Virus record (IMG/VR): IMGVR_UViG_3300046012_001130
Span: 1-58,426 of that record
Length of the DNA stretch: 58,426 nucleotides
Source of the DNA: a virus
Lineage: Duplodnaviria > Caudoviricetes
Direction: 5' to 3' (one strand)
Position numbers and translations under genes: made by a program. Below are positions 1-9,910 of the stretch, in pieces; within the stretch, counting starts at the first letter, position 1, and each line of letters opens with the position of its first letter. The notes beneath the pieces are model-generated. The model made no database searches and was not told the DNA's origin. It saw nothing but the letters and a program-made list of their open reading frames with translations.

Positions 1-8
1 GAGGAGAA

Positions 9-18
9 CGCTTACGGT
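9..18. other. Putative cos cohesive-end sequence CGCTTACGGT, left copy
   Basis: The same 10-mer occurs at 58407-58416. Joining the two copies puts HNH directly before terS, the usual cos position in HK97-like phages. Confidence 0.7.
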
Positions 19-106
19 GGCACGCGGGGATTTTTTTCTGGTTCGATATTTTGGCATGTTCCGCGCCACCATTGATTCTATTCGGAAATAATCAAAACAT
101 GAGCGT

Positions 107-610
107 GTGATGCCCCGAGGCGGTGCGCGTCCCGGCGCTGGCCGCAAGCCTGGCTCCGTGAACAAGGAAATGACCATCGCTCGCATGCAGCAGGAGCGTG
201 ACGCCGCGCTTGAGCGCGCGAACGCTGCTGAATCCCTGCTCATCGGCGCCAACGATCGCATCGCCCAGCTCATGCGCCATGCCGAGACGATCGAGCGTGA
301 TCTCGCCGCCGCTCGTGAGCGCACCGTCGTCGCCGAGGCTTCTACCGAGAGCGCGAAGCTGACTCCGATCGACATCATGCTCGGGTCGGCCCGGAAATTT
401 TATGCCGAGGAAAACTACAAGGATGCGAATCTCGCGGCCGCTCGCGTCGCGTCCTACATCCACCAGCGTTTCGCGCCGACGCAAGAGCCCGCGAAGCGCC
501 ACGCCGAACAGGAGTTGCAGGATGATCTGTTCAATCCGCGTCCTGCGCCCGCGCCGCCGCCAACCGCGCCCGAAGACGACGATCCCTGGTCGAAGCTGCT
601 GATCCACTGA
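107..610 (+). CDS. terS: Terminase small subunit (probable)
   Basis: N-terminal PRGGARPGAGRKP motif typical of small terminases; lies directly upstream of terL. Confidence 0.7.
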   Translation: MMPRGGARPGAGRKPGSVNKEMTIARMQQERDAALERANAAESLLIGANDRIAQLMRHAETIERDLAAARERTVVAEASTESAKLTPIDIMLGSARKFYAEENYKDANLAAARVASYIHQRFAPTQEPAKRHAEQELQDDLFNPRPAPAPPPTAPEDDDPWSKLLIH

Positions 611-614
611 TCCG

Positions 615-2417
615 TTGGAAGTCTGGGACCTCTCCTGCAAAGATTGGGAACAACGGCTCACCGGTGGCCGTGCCCCTGTCGCGGACCTGCCACTGCTCAA
701 TGTCGTCGAGGCGGACCGCGCGCTCGCCATGTTCGACATGCTTCGGCTGCCCGACGTGCCAGGCACGCCGCTGCTCGCAGACGCCGCCGGCGACTGGTTT
801 CGCCAGTCGATCGTGCGCCCCGCCTTTGGTTCCTGGGATGAAGAGCGCCAGGAGCGCTACATCCGCGAAGTCTTCCTGCTGGTCGGCAAGAAAAATTCGA
901 AGACCTCCTACGGCGCCGGCCTCAGTCTGGTCTGGCTGCTTTACAATCGCCGCCCCAACGCCGAAGGCATCCTCGTCGCGCCGACGCAGGACATTACCGA
1001 CATCGCCTTCAGCCAGGCCGAAGGCATGGTGCGGCTCGATCCGCGCCTCAACCGCAAACGCCTGCGCGTCCAGAACAACCTAAAGCGCATCACCAATCTC
1101 ATTACCGGTGCGACGCTCGAAATTTTGACCTTCGACCCGAAGATTCTCACCGGCCAGAAGCCGGCCTTCTGGCTGCTCGACGAGATCCACGTTCTCTCGC
1201 GCATGTCGAACGCGGCCTCCGCCATCGGCCAGCTTCGCGGCGGCATGATCAGCCAGCCCGAAGCGCTCGGCATCATGATCACCACGCAATCGGACCGACC
1301 GCCCGCCGGCATCTTCAAGACCGAGCTGGTCAAGGCCCGCAACATCCGCGACGGCATCGACCGTTCGACCCGCATGTTGCCGGTGCTCTACGAATTTCCG
1401 CGTGCCATCGCCGCCTCGCGCGAGCTCTGGAGCGATCGCAAGGTCTGGCACATGGTCGTGCCGAACGACGGCCGCTCGATCACCGTCGAGCGGCTGACGC
1501 AGGAATTCCGCACCGCCGAGCAATCCGGCCCCGAGGAATTGAAGCGCTGGGCCTCGCAGCATCTCAATATCGAGATCGGCATCGGCCTCTCGTCGGACCA
1601 TTGGCCGGGCGCCCGCCACTGGGACAATTGCGCGGACGAGACGTTGACGCTTGCAACGCTGATCGAGCGAAGCGAGGTGGTCACAGTCGGCGGCGACGGC
1701 GGCGGCCTCGACGATATGTTGGGCTTCTGCGCCGTCGGCCGCGAGAAGGAAACGCGCCGCTTCCTCGTCGTCGCTCACGCCTGGATCCACCGTTCGGTGC
1801 TCGATCTGCGCAAGGAGATCGCGTCGAAATTCATCGATCTCGAGACCGACGGCGATCTCACCATCGTCGATCGCATGGGCGACGCCTTCGAGGAATTCGC
1901 CGATCTCTGCGAGCTCGTCAAAAATTCCGGCAAGCTCGCCGAGGTGGGGCTTGATACCGCCGCCGTCGGCCTCATTCCGGACGAGCTAGAATCGAGGGGG
2001 ATTACCGTCGAGGAAAAGCTCATCGCCGGCGTGCGGCAGGGCTGGTCGCTGATGGGTGTCATCAAATCGGTCGAGGATCTGCTGGCGGACGGCGTGCTTG
2101 TGCATGGCGGCCAGGCGCTGATGGCCTGGTGCGTCGGCAATGCCCGGATCGAGCAGCGTGGCAATGCGATCCTGATCACCAAGCAGGCTTCTGGTGTCGC
2201 CAAGATTGACGCGCTGATGGCCTTGCTCGACGCCTTCTGGTGTATGTTGAAGAACCCCGAATCGCGCACCGGCCGCAGCGTCTACGAAGAGATCGCCGCC
2301 CGCGCCCAGGCCGCGAAAGCGGCGACGCCTGACAAGCCGCGGGAGCGTGCCATTGCCACACCTCTCGCCTCGAAAGCCGACCCCGACGACGAGCGCTTCT
2401 GGAACGGCGCTGCTTGA
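615..2417 (+). CDS. terL: Terminase large subunit
   Basis: Walker A-like VGKKNSKTS, Walker B LLDEIH, ITTQ coupling motif, nuclease motifs GGDGGGLDD and KIDALMAL; TTG start. Confidence 0.95.
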   Translation: MEVWDLSCKDWEQRLTGGRAPVADLPLLNVVEADRALAMFDMLRLPDVPGTPLLADAAGDWFRQSIVRPAFGSWDEERQERYIREVFLLVGKKNSKTSYGAGLSLVWLLYNRRPNAEGILVAPTQDITDIAFSQAEGMVRLDPRLNRKRLRVQNNLKRITNLITGATLEILTFDPKILTGQKPAFWLLDEIHVLSRMSNAASAIGQLRGGMISQPEALGIMITTQSDRPPAGIFKTELVKARNIRDGIDRSTRMLPVLYEFPRAIAASRELWSDRKVWHMVVPNDGRSITVERLTQEFRTAEQSGPEELKRWASQHLNIEIGIGLSSDHWPGARHWDNCADETLTLATLIERSEVVTVGGDGGGLDDMLGFCAVGREKETRRFLVVAHAWIHRSVLDLRKEIASKFIDLETDGDLTIVDRMGDAFEEFADLCELVKNSGKLAEVGLDTAAVGLIPDELESRGITVEEKLIAGVRQGWSLMGVIKSVEDLLADGVLVHGGQALMAWCVGNARIEQRGNAILITKQASGVAKIDALMALLDAFWCMLKNPESRTGRSVYEEIAARAQAAKAATPDKPRERAIATPLASKADPDDERFWNGAA

Positions 2418-3729
2418 CCGGCTGAAGGGCTTCTTCAACCGCCAGACTCAGAGCTATTGGCCAAATCGCGCCACTCGCGTCGTCTATGTGCAGTCGACAC
2501 TCGCCGGCATCCGCGTCACGCCTGATACGGCGATGCAGCAGGCGGCGGTCTGGGCCTGCGTCAACGTGCTGTCGAAAAGCGTCGCACAACTGCCCTGGCG
2601 CGCGATGCGCGAGGAACAACCGGGCCGCAGCTCCATCGTTCCTGGCACGCTCGACAACCTGCTCAATCATCGGGCCAACGCGGAAATGTCGGCCTTCACC
2701 TTTCGCGAGGTGATGATGGGCCACGCTCTCATTTGGGGGAATGCTTTTGCAGAGATCGAACGCGACGGCGGTGGCCGGCCGATCGCGCTCTGGCCGATCG
2801 AGCCCGACCGTGTCTGGACGAAACGACGCTGGGACACGGGACGCCTCTATTACGAAATCACCAACCAGACGACGGGCATTACCGAGCTCGACTTCATGGA
2901 TGTGTTCCATCTGCATGGGCCAAGCTTCGACGGCATTTCGGGCTATCAGGTGGTCGGCTATGCGGCGCAGTCGATCGGCCTCGCCATGGCGGTCGAGCGG
3001 TTCGGCGCGAGTTTCTTCGGCAATAATGCGCAACTCGGCCAGGTCATTACGAGCGACAAGACCAATCTTTCGCCTGAAGCGCGCGACGCCATGCTGGCGA
3101 GCTTCAACGAAAAGAACCGCGGGCCCGACCAGGCGTTCAAAACGCAATATCTCGACGGCGGCATGAAGGTGACGCCGGTGGGCGTCGAGCCGGATAAGGG
3201 CCAGTTCATCGAGACGCAGCAGCAGATGACAGAAACCATCTGTCGCTGGTTCGGTGTGCCGCCGCACAAAGTCGGCCATCTGCTGCGCTCGACGAACAAC
3301 AACATCGAGGCGCAGGGCATCGAATTCGTCATCGATGGCATTCTGCCCTGGACCGTGCGGTTCGAGCAGGAAGCCGATTACAAGCTCATCAATCCGCGCA
3401 ATCCGCAGGGTTATTATACGCGGATCGACGTGCGCTCGCTGCAGCGCGGCGATCTCGCCGCCCGCGGCGCCTTCTACAAGGATATGTTCGACCGCGGCGT
3501 CTTCTCGCCGAACGACATCCGCGAATCGGAAGGACTGAACAAGATTCCAACGGCCGAAGGTGGCGACAAGCGCTTCGTGCCGCTCAACATGCAAATGCTG
3601 GAGACCGCCGGCGAGGAGCCGCCGCCCGTCGCACCAGAGCCTGACGACGGCACCGCTGACCAGGAAGACGATCCGGCGCCCGAGGGCGGCAGCGAGGAAG
3701 CGACCGGCGACGGTCCGAGCGACGGGTGA
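2347..3729 (+). CDS. Portal protein, HK97 family
   Basis: AVWACVNVLS, WGNAFAEI, ICRWFGVPPHKVG and SPNDIRESEGL motifs; start uncertain (GTG 2347 or near 2404). Confidence 0.95.
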   Translation: MPLPHLSPRKPTPTTSASGTALLDRLKGFFNRQTQSYWPNRATRVVYVQSTLAGIRVTPDTAMQQAAVWACVNVLSKSVAQLPWRAMREEQPGRSSIVPGTLDNLLNHRANAEMSAFTFREVMMGHALIWGNAFAEIERDGGGRPIALWPIEPDRVWTKRRWDTGRLYYEITNQTTGITELDFMDVFHLHGPSFDGISGYQVVGYAAQSIGLAMAVERFGASFFGNNAQLGQVITSDKTNLSPEARDAMLASFNEKNRGPDQAFKTQYLDGGMKVTPVGVEPDKGQFIETQQQMTETICRWFGVPPHKVGHLLRSTNNNIEAQGIEFVIDGILPWTVRFEQEADYKLINPRNPQGYYTRIDVRSLQRGDLAARGAFYKDMFDRGVFSPNDIRESEGLNKIPTAEGGDKRFVPLNMQMLETAGEEPPPVAPEPDDGTADQEDDPAPEGGSEEATGDGPSDG

Positions 3730-3733
3730 GCCC

Positions 3734-4435
3734 ATGACCTATTATTCGATGAAAGCGGCCGGTTCGCGCGGCGAAATCCTGCTCTATCAGGACATCGGAG
3801 AGAGCTTCTGGAGCGAGGGAACGACCGCCGAAGGCTTTGCGAAGGACCTCAAAGCGCTCGGCAAGGTCACCACGATCGATTGCCGCATCAATTCGCCCGG
3901 CGGTAATGTTTTCGAGGGCATGACGATCTATAATCTGCTGGCCGCGCACCAGGCCCGCATCGTCGTGCATGTCGACGGGCTGGCCGCCTCGATCGCTTCC
4001 GTCATCGCCATGGCGGGCGACGAGATCAACATCGCCGACAATGCGATGATGATGATTCACAATGCCTGGGGCATGGGCATTGGCACGGCGCAAGAGATCC
4101 GCAAAACCGCCGACGTGCTCGATTCGATCAGCGCGACGATCGCCGGCACCTATGCCAAGCGTTCGGGCACGAAACTCGACAAAATCGCCGGCATGATGGA
4201 TGCCGAGACCTGGTTCAATGCGCAGGAGGCCAAGGATTGCGGCCTCGCCGACGCGATCGTCGACAACATGAAAATGGCAGCCTGCGCCTTCGATGCGAAG
4301 CGCTTCCGCAATGCGCCGAAGCGGCTCGCCGAAGCGAACGCCGCGCGGCCGCACCGTGATCGTTTTGCAGCGCGTTTTTCCGCCATCGAAACGGCTCGCA
4401 TCAAGGCGCGCCTCGACGCGCAGCGCGCCGCTTAG
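3734..4435 (+). CDS. ClpP-like prohead maturation protease
   Basis: INSPGGNVFEG, GLAASIASVIAMAG, MMIHNAW and ETWFNAQEA motifs; ATG at 3734 just after the portal stop. Confidence 0.95.
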   Translation: MTYYSMKAAGSRGEILLYQDIGESFWSEGTTAEGFAKDLKALGKVTTIDCRINSPGGNVFEGMTIYNLLAAHQARIVVHVDGLAASIASVIAMAGDEINIADNAMMMIHNAWGMGIGTAQEIRKTADVLDSISATIAGTYAKRSGTKLDKIAGMMDAETWFNAQEAKDCGLADAIVDNMKMAACAFDAKRFRNAPKRLAEANAARPHRDRFAARFSAIETARIKARLDAQRAA

Positions 4436-4440
4436 AAATA

Positions 4441-4790
4441 CCCCAGAGGGCGGTCAGGTACGGCTCGCAAGGCTCCCTGCACCGATTCGGGACCGCGCTG
4501 ATCACGCGGTAGGACCATAGGTCGCCGCCCGCCACGAAATTCCACGGGAGCCCTGCGGGAATAGTCGCTATGCGATACGCCCCCGCCGAAAGTGCCGCCT
4601 CTTGAGATGCGCGGACCACACGCTGCCGGCTAACAGCAGGGGCGCCTTTCGAAAAGCCTGATGGTCGGGCGGTTTCTTGGTCCCGCCGAAACATCGGTCC
4701 TGCCGCCGTCCCACAGGCGTCCGGCTAGGAAGGCGTCAGTTACTTTGAATTCCGGCCTCAAGCCGGTCAGCCCGAACGCCCTTGGGCAAG
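4441..4790 (+). ncRNA. Candidate large structured ncRNA (unassigned family)
   Basis: About 400-nt gap with no credible CDS. Nested long-range helices (4442-4452/4777-4786, 4481-4486/4693-4698, 4488-4494/4679-4685, 4513-4521/4657-4666, 4578-4583/4639-4644) plus crossing pairings. Confidence 0.6.
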
Positions 4791-4842
4791 GTGCATGGCG
4801 AACGTCGGACGACGTGCGCATTCCCTCAGATGGAGCCCAAAC

Positions 4843-6339
4843 ATGAAGGCCAGTCCGGTCTCTGTGCAGGCGTTGCTCGTCCTCCTGGCCGGCAGCCCCC
4901 GCATTTATTTCAACGACGGCAATACGCTTCAGTCGCTACGCGACCGGCTCGTCGAGCTCAACGATCGCGCCGTCACCATCCAGGCCGCGGCCGATGCGGC
5001 GAAACGCGACTTCTCGACCGAAGAGGCGACCGAGCTCGACGATATTTTCGCGCAGGTCGAGCAGACCAAGGGTGATATTGCCCGACGCGAACGGATCGAA
5101 GAGAACACCAACGCGCTCGCCGCCGGCGGCGGCCGCCGCACCGAGGCGAACGACCCCGAGGCCGGGCCCGATCCCGCGGCCGCTGCGGCAAGGGAGGCCG
5201 GCGCGGCTGCCAATGCCCGCGCTGCTGCCGCTGTTGGCAACGGGCGGCCCGAACCGCGCCGCACCGTCCCGGCGCAGGCGCGCGGCGGCGATTACCTCCG
5301 CCGCGGCTTCCATAACATGGGCGATTTCGCACGTTGCGTCGTCAATGCCTCGCGCCCTGGCGGCGCCGTCGATCCGCGCCTCATTGTCGATGCGCCGTCG
5401 ACCTTCGGCTCGGAAGGCGTCGGCGCCGACGGCGGCTTCGCCGTGCCGCCCGAATTCCGGACCGCCATCATGGAAAAGGTGCTGGGCGAAACCTCGCTGC
5501 TCGGCCGCACGGATCTGCTCGAAGTCACCGGCAATTCGATCACCATTCCGAAAGACGAGACGACACCCTGGCAATCCTCCGGCGGCATCCTCGCCTCCTG
5601 GGAAGGCGAGGCGCAGCAGCTCACACAGACCAAGCCTCTCCTCGAGGACGTGACGATCCGCCTCAACAAGCTTACGGCGCTCGTCCCCGTCACTTCCGAA
5701 CTCCTGGAAGACGCCGCCGCGCTCGCCTCCTATATCAACCGCAAGGCGCCGGAGAAGATCGATTTCAAGATCAATGCCGCGATCATTGGGGGCACCGGCA
5801 ACGGTCAGCCGCTCGGCATTCTGAAAAGCCCGGCTTTGATCACCGTCGCCGAGGAATCGGCCCAGACCGCGGCGACCGTCAATCACCAGAACATCATCAA
5901 AATGTGGTCGCGGCTTTACGGCCCGGCCCGTTCGAATGCTGTCTGGCTCGTCAATCAGGATGTCGAGCCGCAGCTCAATTCTCTGGGCTTCCCGGCAAGT
6001 GCGACGACGGTGCAATTCCCGGTCTATATTCCGCCCGGCGGCCTTTCCGCCGCGCCCTACGCCAATCTGCTCGGGCGGCCGGTCATCCCGAGTCAGGCTT
6101 GTTCGACGCTCGGGACCGTCGGCGACATCATTCTCACCGATCTCAAGGCCTATCTGGCCGCCCAGAAAGTTGGCGGGATCAGGGCCGAAACGTCGATCCA
6201 TCTTTGGTTCGATTACGATATCACCGCCTTCCGCTTCATCCTGCGCATCGCCGGCCAACCGTGGTGGTCTGCGGCGATCAATCCCTACAACGGCGCCAAT
6301 ACGCTCGGTCACTACGTCGCGCTGGCGACGCGCTCCTGA
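4843..6339 (+). CDS. Major capsid protein, HK97 fold, with N-terminal delta/scaffold region
   Basis: ADGGFAVPPEF, VTSELLEDA and GTGNGQPLGIL motifs; N-terminal coiled coil; GGAG RBS before ATG 4843. Confidence 0.95.
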   Translation: MKASPVSVQALLVLLAGSPRIYFNDGNTLQSLRDRLVELNDRAVTIQAAADAAKRDFSTEEATELDDIFAQVEQTKGDIARRERIEENTNALAAGGGRRTEANDPEAGPDPAAAAAREAGAAANARAAAAVGNGRPEPRRTVPAQARGGDYLRRGFHNMGDFARCVVNASRPGGAVDPRLIVDAPSTFGSEGVGADGGFAVPPEFRTAIMEKVLGETSLLGRTDLLEVTGNSITIPKDETTPWQSSGGILASWEGEAQQLTQTKPLLEDVTIRLNKLTALVPVTSELLEDAAALASYINRKAPEKIDFKINAAIIGGTGNGQPLGILKSPALITVAEESAQTAATVNHQNIIKMWSRLYGPARSNAVWLVNQDVEPQLNSLGFPASATTVQFPVYIPPGGLSAAPYANLLGRPVIPSQACSTLGTVGDIILTDLKAYLAAQKVGGIRAETSIHLWFDYDITAFRFILRIAGQPWWSAAINPYNGANTLGHYVALATRS

Positions 6340-6410
6340 TCCTTGCAACCCGGCGCGCAGCTCGATCGCCGCGCGCATCCCCTTTACCCGCCTTCCTTTG
6401 AGGCAGCATC

Positions 6411-6908
6411 ATGAATCTAAACGCCCAGCTTATCGAGCAGAGCAAGATCGTTCCCGCTCTGTCGAACACCGTGCCGTCGACGACGACGCCGCGCCGCGTG
6501 TCGATGAAAGGCTACGAGCGATGCACGATCATCATCAGCGCGCTCAACGCCTCGACCGTCACCGGCTCCGCCATCACGCTCCAGCAGGCGACCGATATCG
6601 CCAATGCCAACAGCGACGAAAAGGCGGTGCCGTTCACGGCCGCCTATCGCAACGTCGATGTCGCCGCCGCCGAGCCCGAAGCGGCTTTCGCCGTTGCCAG
6701 CAACACCTTCACCATGGCGGCAGTCAATTCGAAGGAAATGCTCTACGTCATCGAAGTAACGTCCGACATGATGGATATCGACAACGGCTTTGATTGTCTC
6801 CGCGTCGGCACCGCCAATGCAACCGCGCAGACCGTCTCGATCGTGATGATCCTCTGGCCGGCCCGCTATGCTAAGAGCGTTCCTGGCATTGCGGCACGCG
6901 CCAATTGA
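6411..6908 (+). CDS. Probable head-associated (decoration/cement-like) protein
   Basis: Beta-rich 165 aa ORF right after the capsid gene; GAGG RBS. Confidence 0.55.
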   Translation: MNLNAQLIEQSKIVPALSNTVPSTTTPRRVSMKGYERCTIIISALNASTVTGSAITLQQATDIANANSDEKAVPFTAAYRNVDVAAAEPEAAFAVASNTFTMAAVNSKEMLYVIEVTSDMMDIDNGFDCLRVGTANATAQTVSIVMILWPARYAKSVPGIAARAN

Positions 6909-6949
6909 GCTGACTGCCCATCGACTGCGCCGGAACGAAAGGCATCGAT

Positions 6950-7213
6950 ATGAAACTGGTTCGCTTCATCGAAACGCATTCGTACCGGCGCGATCATAAA
7001 ACGCTGTTTTGGCGCGAAGGCCACGCCTATCCTTATGACGACGAGATGCTGCCTTATATCCGCATGGGGCACGCCGAAATCGTCGCGCCACCGCCTCCTG
7101 CGCCCCTCGAACCAATCGAGACGGGCGGGAATTCTCCGCGCCTTCCTGCAAGCCCGGCGCCCGATCCGGCCGCCGGAACGATGGCCGACACACATCCAGA
7201 ACGGCGCTCGTGA
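6950..7213 (+). CDS. Hypothetical head-module protein
   Basis: AAGG RBS; stop overlaps the next start (GTGA). Confidence 0.55.
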   Translation: MKLVRFIETHSYRRDHKTLFWREGHAYPYDDEMLPYIRMGHAEIVAPPPPAPLEPIETGGNSPRLPASPAPDPAAGTMADTHPERRS

Positions 7214-7854
7214 ACCGCATTCTCACCGTCACGTCGCCGGCGGCGTCGAAGCTCCTCACCTCGCTCGTGACGGTGAGGCAGGAACTCGGCATCACCAGTT
7301 CCGCGAACGACGCGCAGCTGACGCGTTATATCCTGGCGGCCTCGCGGGCCGCCGCGCATAAGTGCAACGGCGAACTCGTGCTCGAGGGCGTGACGGAGCA
7401 GTTTCGTCCCTATCCTTTTATCGACAGCGCCTCGCTCACCAATGCGCCGGAATTTATCCATCTGCGGCGGACGCCGGTTGCGGAGATCGTTTCCGTTACC
7501 GAAGACGATCGCACACTCCTGCAAGACACGGACTTCGAAATCGACTCCAGGCTCGGCCGGCTGACGCGGCTCTATAGCGATCTGCCGATGCGCTGGCATT
7601 TCCGCAAGCTCGTTGTCGTCTACACGGGCGGCTACGCGCCGCCGATCGGCGACAGCGAACCCGACCTCGAACAGGCGGCGATCGAGATCGTCAAGGATAT
7701 GTGGTCGGCGAAGGCGCGCGATCCACTCATCCGCTCCGAGGAAGCGACCGGTATTTTCCGCACCGAATATTGGGTCGGCTCGCTCGGCGAGGACGGCGGC
7801 TGGCCGCCGAAAGTGACCGATCTGCTGGCGCCTTATCAGCGGCCGAAGTTCTAA
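7210..7854 (+). CDS. Head-tail connector/adaptor (gp6-like)
   Basis: LTSLVTVRQELGI, VVYTGGY and DLEQAAIEIV pattern; position in head module. Confidence 0.8.
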   Translation: MNRILTVTSPAASKLLTSLVTVRQELGITSSANDAQLTRYILAASRAAAHKCNGELVLEGVTEQFRPYPFIDSASLTNAPEFIHLRRTPVAEIVSVTEDDRTLLQDTDFEIDSRLGRLTRLYSDLPMRWHFRKLVVVYTGGYAPPIGDSEPDLEQAAIEIVKDMWSAKARDPLIRSEEATGIFRTEYWVGSLGEDGGWPPKVTDLLAPYQRPKF

Positions 7855-7868
7855 CGGAAGGCTTCGCC

Positions 7869-8138
7869 ATGCCCAATGCCAACGATCCCTTCGACAGTGT
7901 CAGCGCGCATCTCAACGATCCCGGCGACGACATCTATCCCGTCACACCGGACGACGACACGGATCTGCCGACCGCCGCCCGCGCGCTGCGGGCCAATACC
8001 GACGGCACGATCAAGGTTACGATGCGCAACGGCCAGGCGCGCACCTTGAATTTCGCCGCCGGCGAGATGCGCGTCGGGCGCTTCCGCCGCGTCTGGGAGA
8101 CCGGGACGACCGCGACCGGCATCGAGGCGCATATCTGA
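7869..8138 (+). CDS. Head spike base protein (RcGTA Rcc01079-like)
   Basis: DPF...PGDDIYPVTPDDDTDLPTAARALR...RRVWETGTTATGI matches the remembered spike-base family pattern; TGATG coupling to the next gene. Confidence 0.75.
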   Translation: MPNANDPFDSVSAHLNDPGDDIYPVTPDDDTDLPTAARALRANTDGTIKVTMRNGQARTLNFAAGEMRVGRFRRVWETGTTATGIEAHI

Positions 8139-9910
8139 TGCTGGGCCCGGCGCTCGACCTGTCGCTGCGAAGCCAGCAAGGCGGCGCGGCGCTGCCATCG
8201 GGCCTCGTCGGCCATTGGGATGCCAACGATTATGCCGCGAGCCCGCGGCCTTCGATCCGCAACCGCGTGAGCGGGCGGCCCGTCTCGCAAAGCCTGTTCT
8301 CCGATCAGCGCCGTTTCTTCGCCGATAGCGAAACCGCCTTCTGGTCCGGTGGCGGCTCCAGGACGGTCACCGACAACAATGCGACATCGCCGACCGGTGA
8401 CAATGACGCCTCAACCTTTGTCGGGTCAGGGAACGCATTTATCGCGCGAACCATCGGTCTGGCCGCTGGCACTTATACGCTTGCCGCAAACGTCAAGAAC
8501 CTCGGCGCCGGCTCACAATCCTTCAATATGTCGGGCAACAGCGGGACCAATTCCTCGACCTACAGCGCGACGACCGCCTGGCAGCGCTTCAAATATACAT
8601 TCACGGCGCCGGGAGGCTCGGCCGTCATCATCCCGGTATGGATCATTTCCGGCTCTTGCAATCTGGCCTTCACCGATGTCGAGCTCTTTCCGGGCTCTGC
8701 CGATCTCGGCCCTACGACGCCCTCCGGCCATTGGCTGCTCGGCTCGGACGCTGCGACACATCTGCCGACGGTGCAGGACGGTTATGTCGATCTCACGGCC
8801 GGCTATGGTTATGCGCAGTTCGACCAGGCGGCGGATTATTCGGCGCTCACCGTCGTCGCCCTCGCCGCCAAGGTCAGCGACACACCGATGTATAATTCGC
8901 TCATCGCCGCCAGGGTGAGCGAGCCGACCTCCGGCGGCGCCTTCGGCTTCATGGCGGCGGCGGATATTTCGAAAGCGCCGGGCTTTTACTTCAAGCAGAA
9001 GAACTTCCTCTTTGACCGCGGCACGGCCATCGCTATTTCCGGGCTGTGGGATCTGTATCAGAAGGGCTACCACGGGATTGCGACGCGCTGGGACGGCGCG
9101 GCGGCTCAGATCTTCCTCGACGATTGCAAATGGCCATCGAGCGAAGCTGAAACGCTCAGCGCGCAATCGCTCGTCGATTTCGTCTTCGGCTATGTGGCGG
9201 CGCCGACCCTTCCTTCCGGCATGCGGCTCGCCGCGCTCGCGCTGTTCAACCGCGCGCTTTCCGATAGCGAAATCAGGCAGGCCTATGCTGCGCTGATCCG
9301 CAAGGCGCCGCAGGTTGCGCCCGTCGCTGCCGACCGCGTCTATGCCGCCGCCGGCGACAGCATCACCAACGGCTTCACTTACTGCTACCCGTATTTGTTC
9401 GGCCCGAACGCGAATCCAACGGTCTACGGCGCCAATATCGGCGTGTCCGGCTGGGGCCTCGCCGACATCATCGCCGACGCGCCGGTCACAGTCGACCCGA
9501 TCGTTCCTCCCGGCCATCGCGCCGGCCGCAAGTTCATCCTGTCGCTGCTGATCGGCCGCAATGACCTGCACTTCTACAGCGGCGGCGCGGCGCAGTACGC
9601 GGCCGACCTCGGCACTTACTTCGCGGCGCGCAAAGCGGCGGGCTGGACGCATTGCGTGCTCTGCACGGTCTTGCCGGCGACGGCGTCGGGTTTCAACACG
9701 GTGCGCAACGCCTTCAATGCCATCGTAACGGCCAATGGCTGGGCGGCGGCGAACCACGTCGACGAGATTTGCAATTTCGCCGCCGACGCGACCATGGGCC
9801 CCGATGCGGCCGCGTCGAACACGACCTATTACGCTGACGGCACGCATCCGACGAATGCAGGCCAGGTGATCCTCGAATCGATCATCCGGCCGATCCTCAA
9901 CGGGCTTTGA
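8138..9910 (+). CDS. Probable head fibre: carbohydrate-binding/LamG-like domains plus C-terminal SGNH/GDSL hydrolase
   Basis: GDSIT, GVSG, IGRND and DGTHP SGNH blocks; LFNRALSDSEI LamG-like end; MLGPALDLSL N-terminus following the spike base. Confidence 0.7.
   Translation: MLGPALDLSLRSQQGGAALPSGLVGHWDANDYAASPRPSIRNRVSGRPVSQSLFSDQRRFFADSETAFWSGGGSRTVTDNNATSPTGDNDASTFVGSGNAFIARTIGLAAGTYTLAANVKNLGAGSQSFNMSGNSGTNSSTYSATTAWQRFKYTFTAPGGSAVIIPVWIISGSCNLAFTDVELFPGSADLGPTTPSGHWLLGSDAATHLPTVQDGYVDLTAGYGYAQFDQAADYSALTVVALAAKVSDTPMYNSLIAARVSEPTSGGAFGFMAAADISKAPGFYFKQKNFLFDRGTAIAISGLWDLYQKGYHGIATRWDGAAAQIFLDDCKWPSSEAETLSAQSLVDFVFGYVAAPTLPSGMRLAALALFNRALSDSEIRQAYAALIRKAPQVAPVAADRVYAAAGDSITNGFTYCYPYLFGPNANPTVYGANIGVSGWGLADIIADAPVTVDPIVPPGHRAGRKFILSLLIGRNDLHFYSGGAAQYAADLGTYFAARKAAGWTHCVLCTVLPATASGFNTVRNAFNAIVTANGWAAANHVDEICNFAADATMGPDAAASNTTYYADGTHPTNAGQVILESIIRPILNGL

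Noticed and set aside
25-62. Self-target of guide units 3/4 near cos (GGGGATTT, GGCATG)
   Set aside because: Only partial matches with wrong spacing. No full dual-spacer target was found by eye; this needs a computed search.
4441-4790. Group I/II intron, RNase P or tmRNA assignment; ORFs 4401-4694, 4630-4821 and 4661-4846
   Set aside because: Isolated words (ATAGTC, GAAAGTGCC) occur without their partner motifs, and the flanking genes are complete. The short ORFs lack an RBS and protein-like composition.
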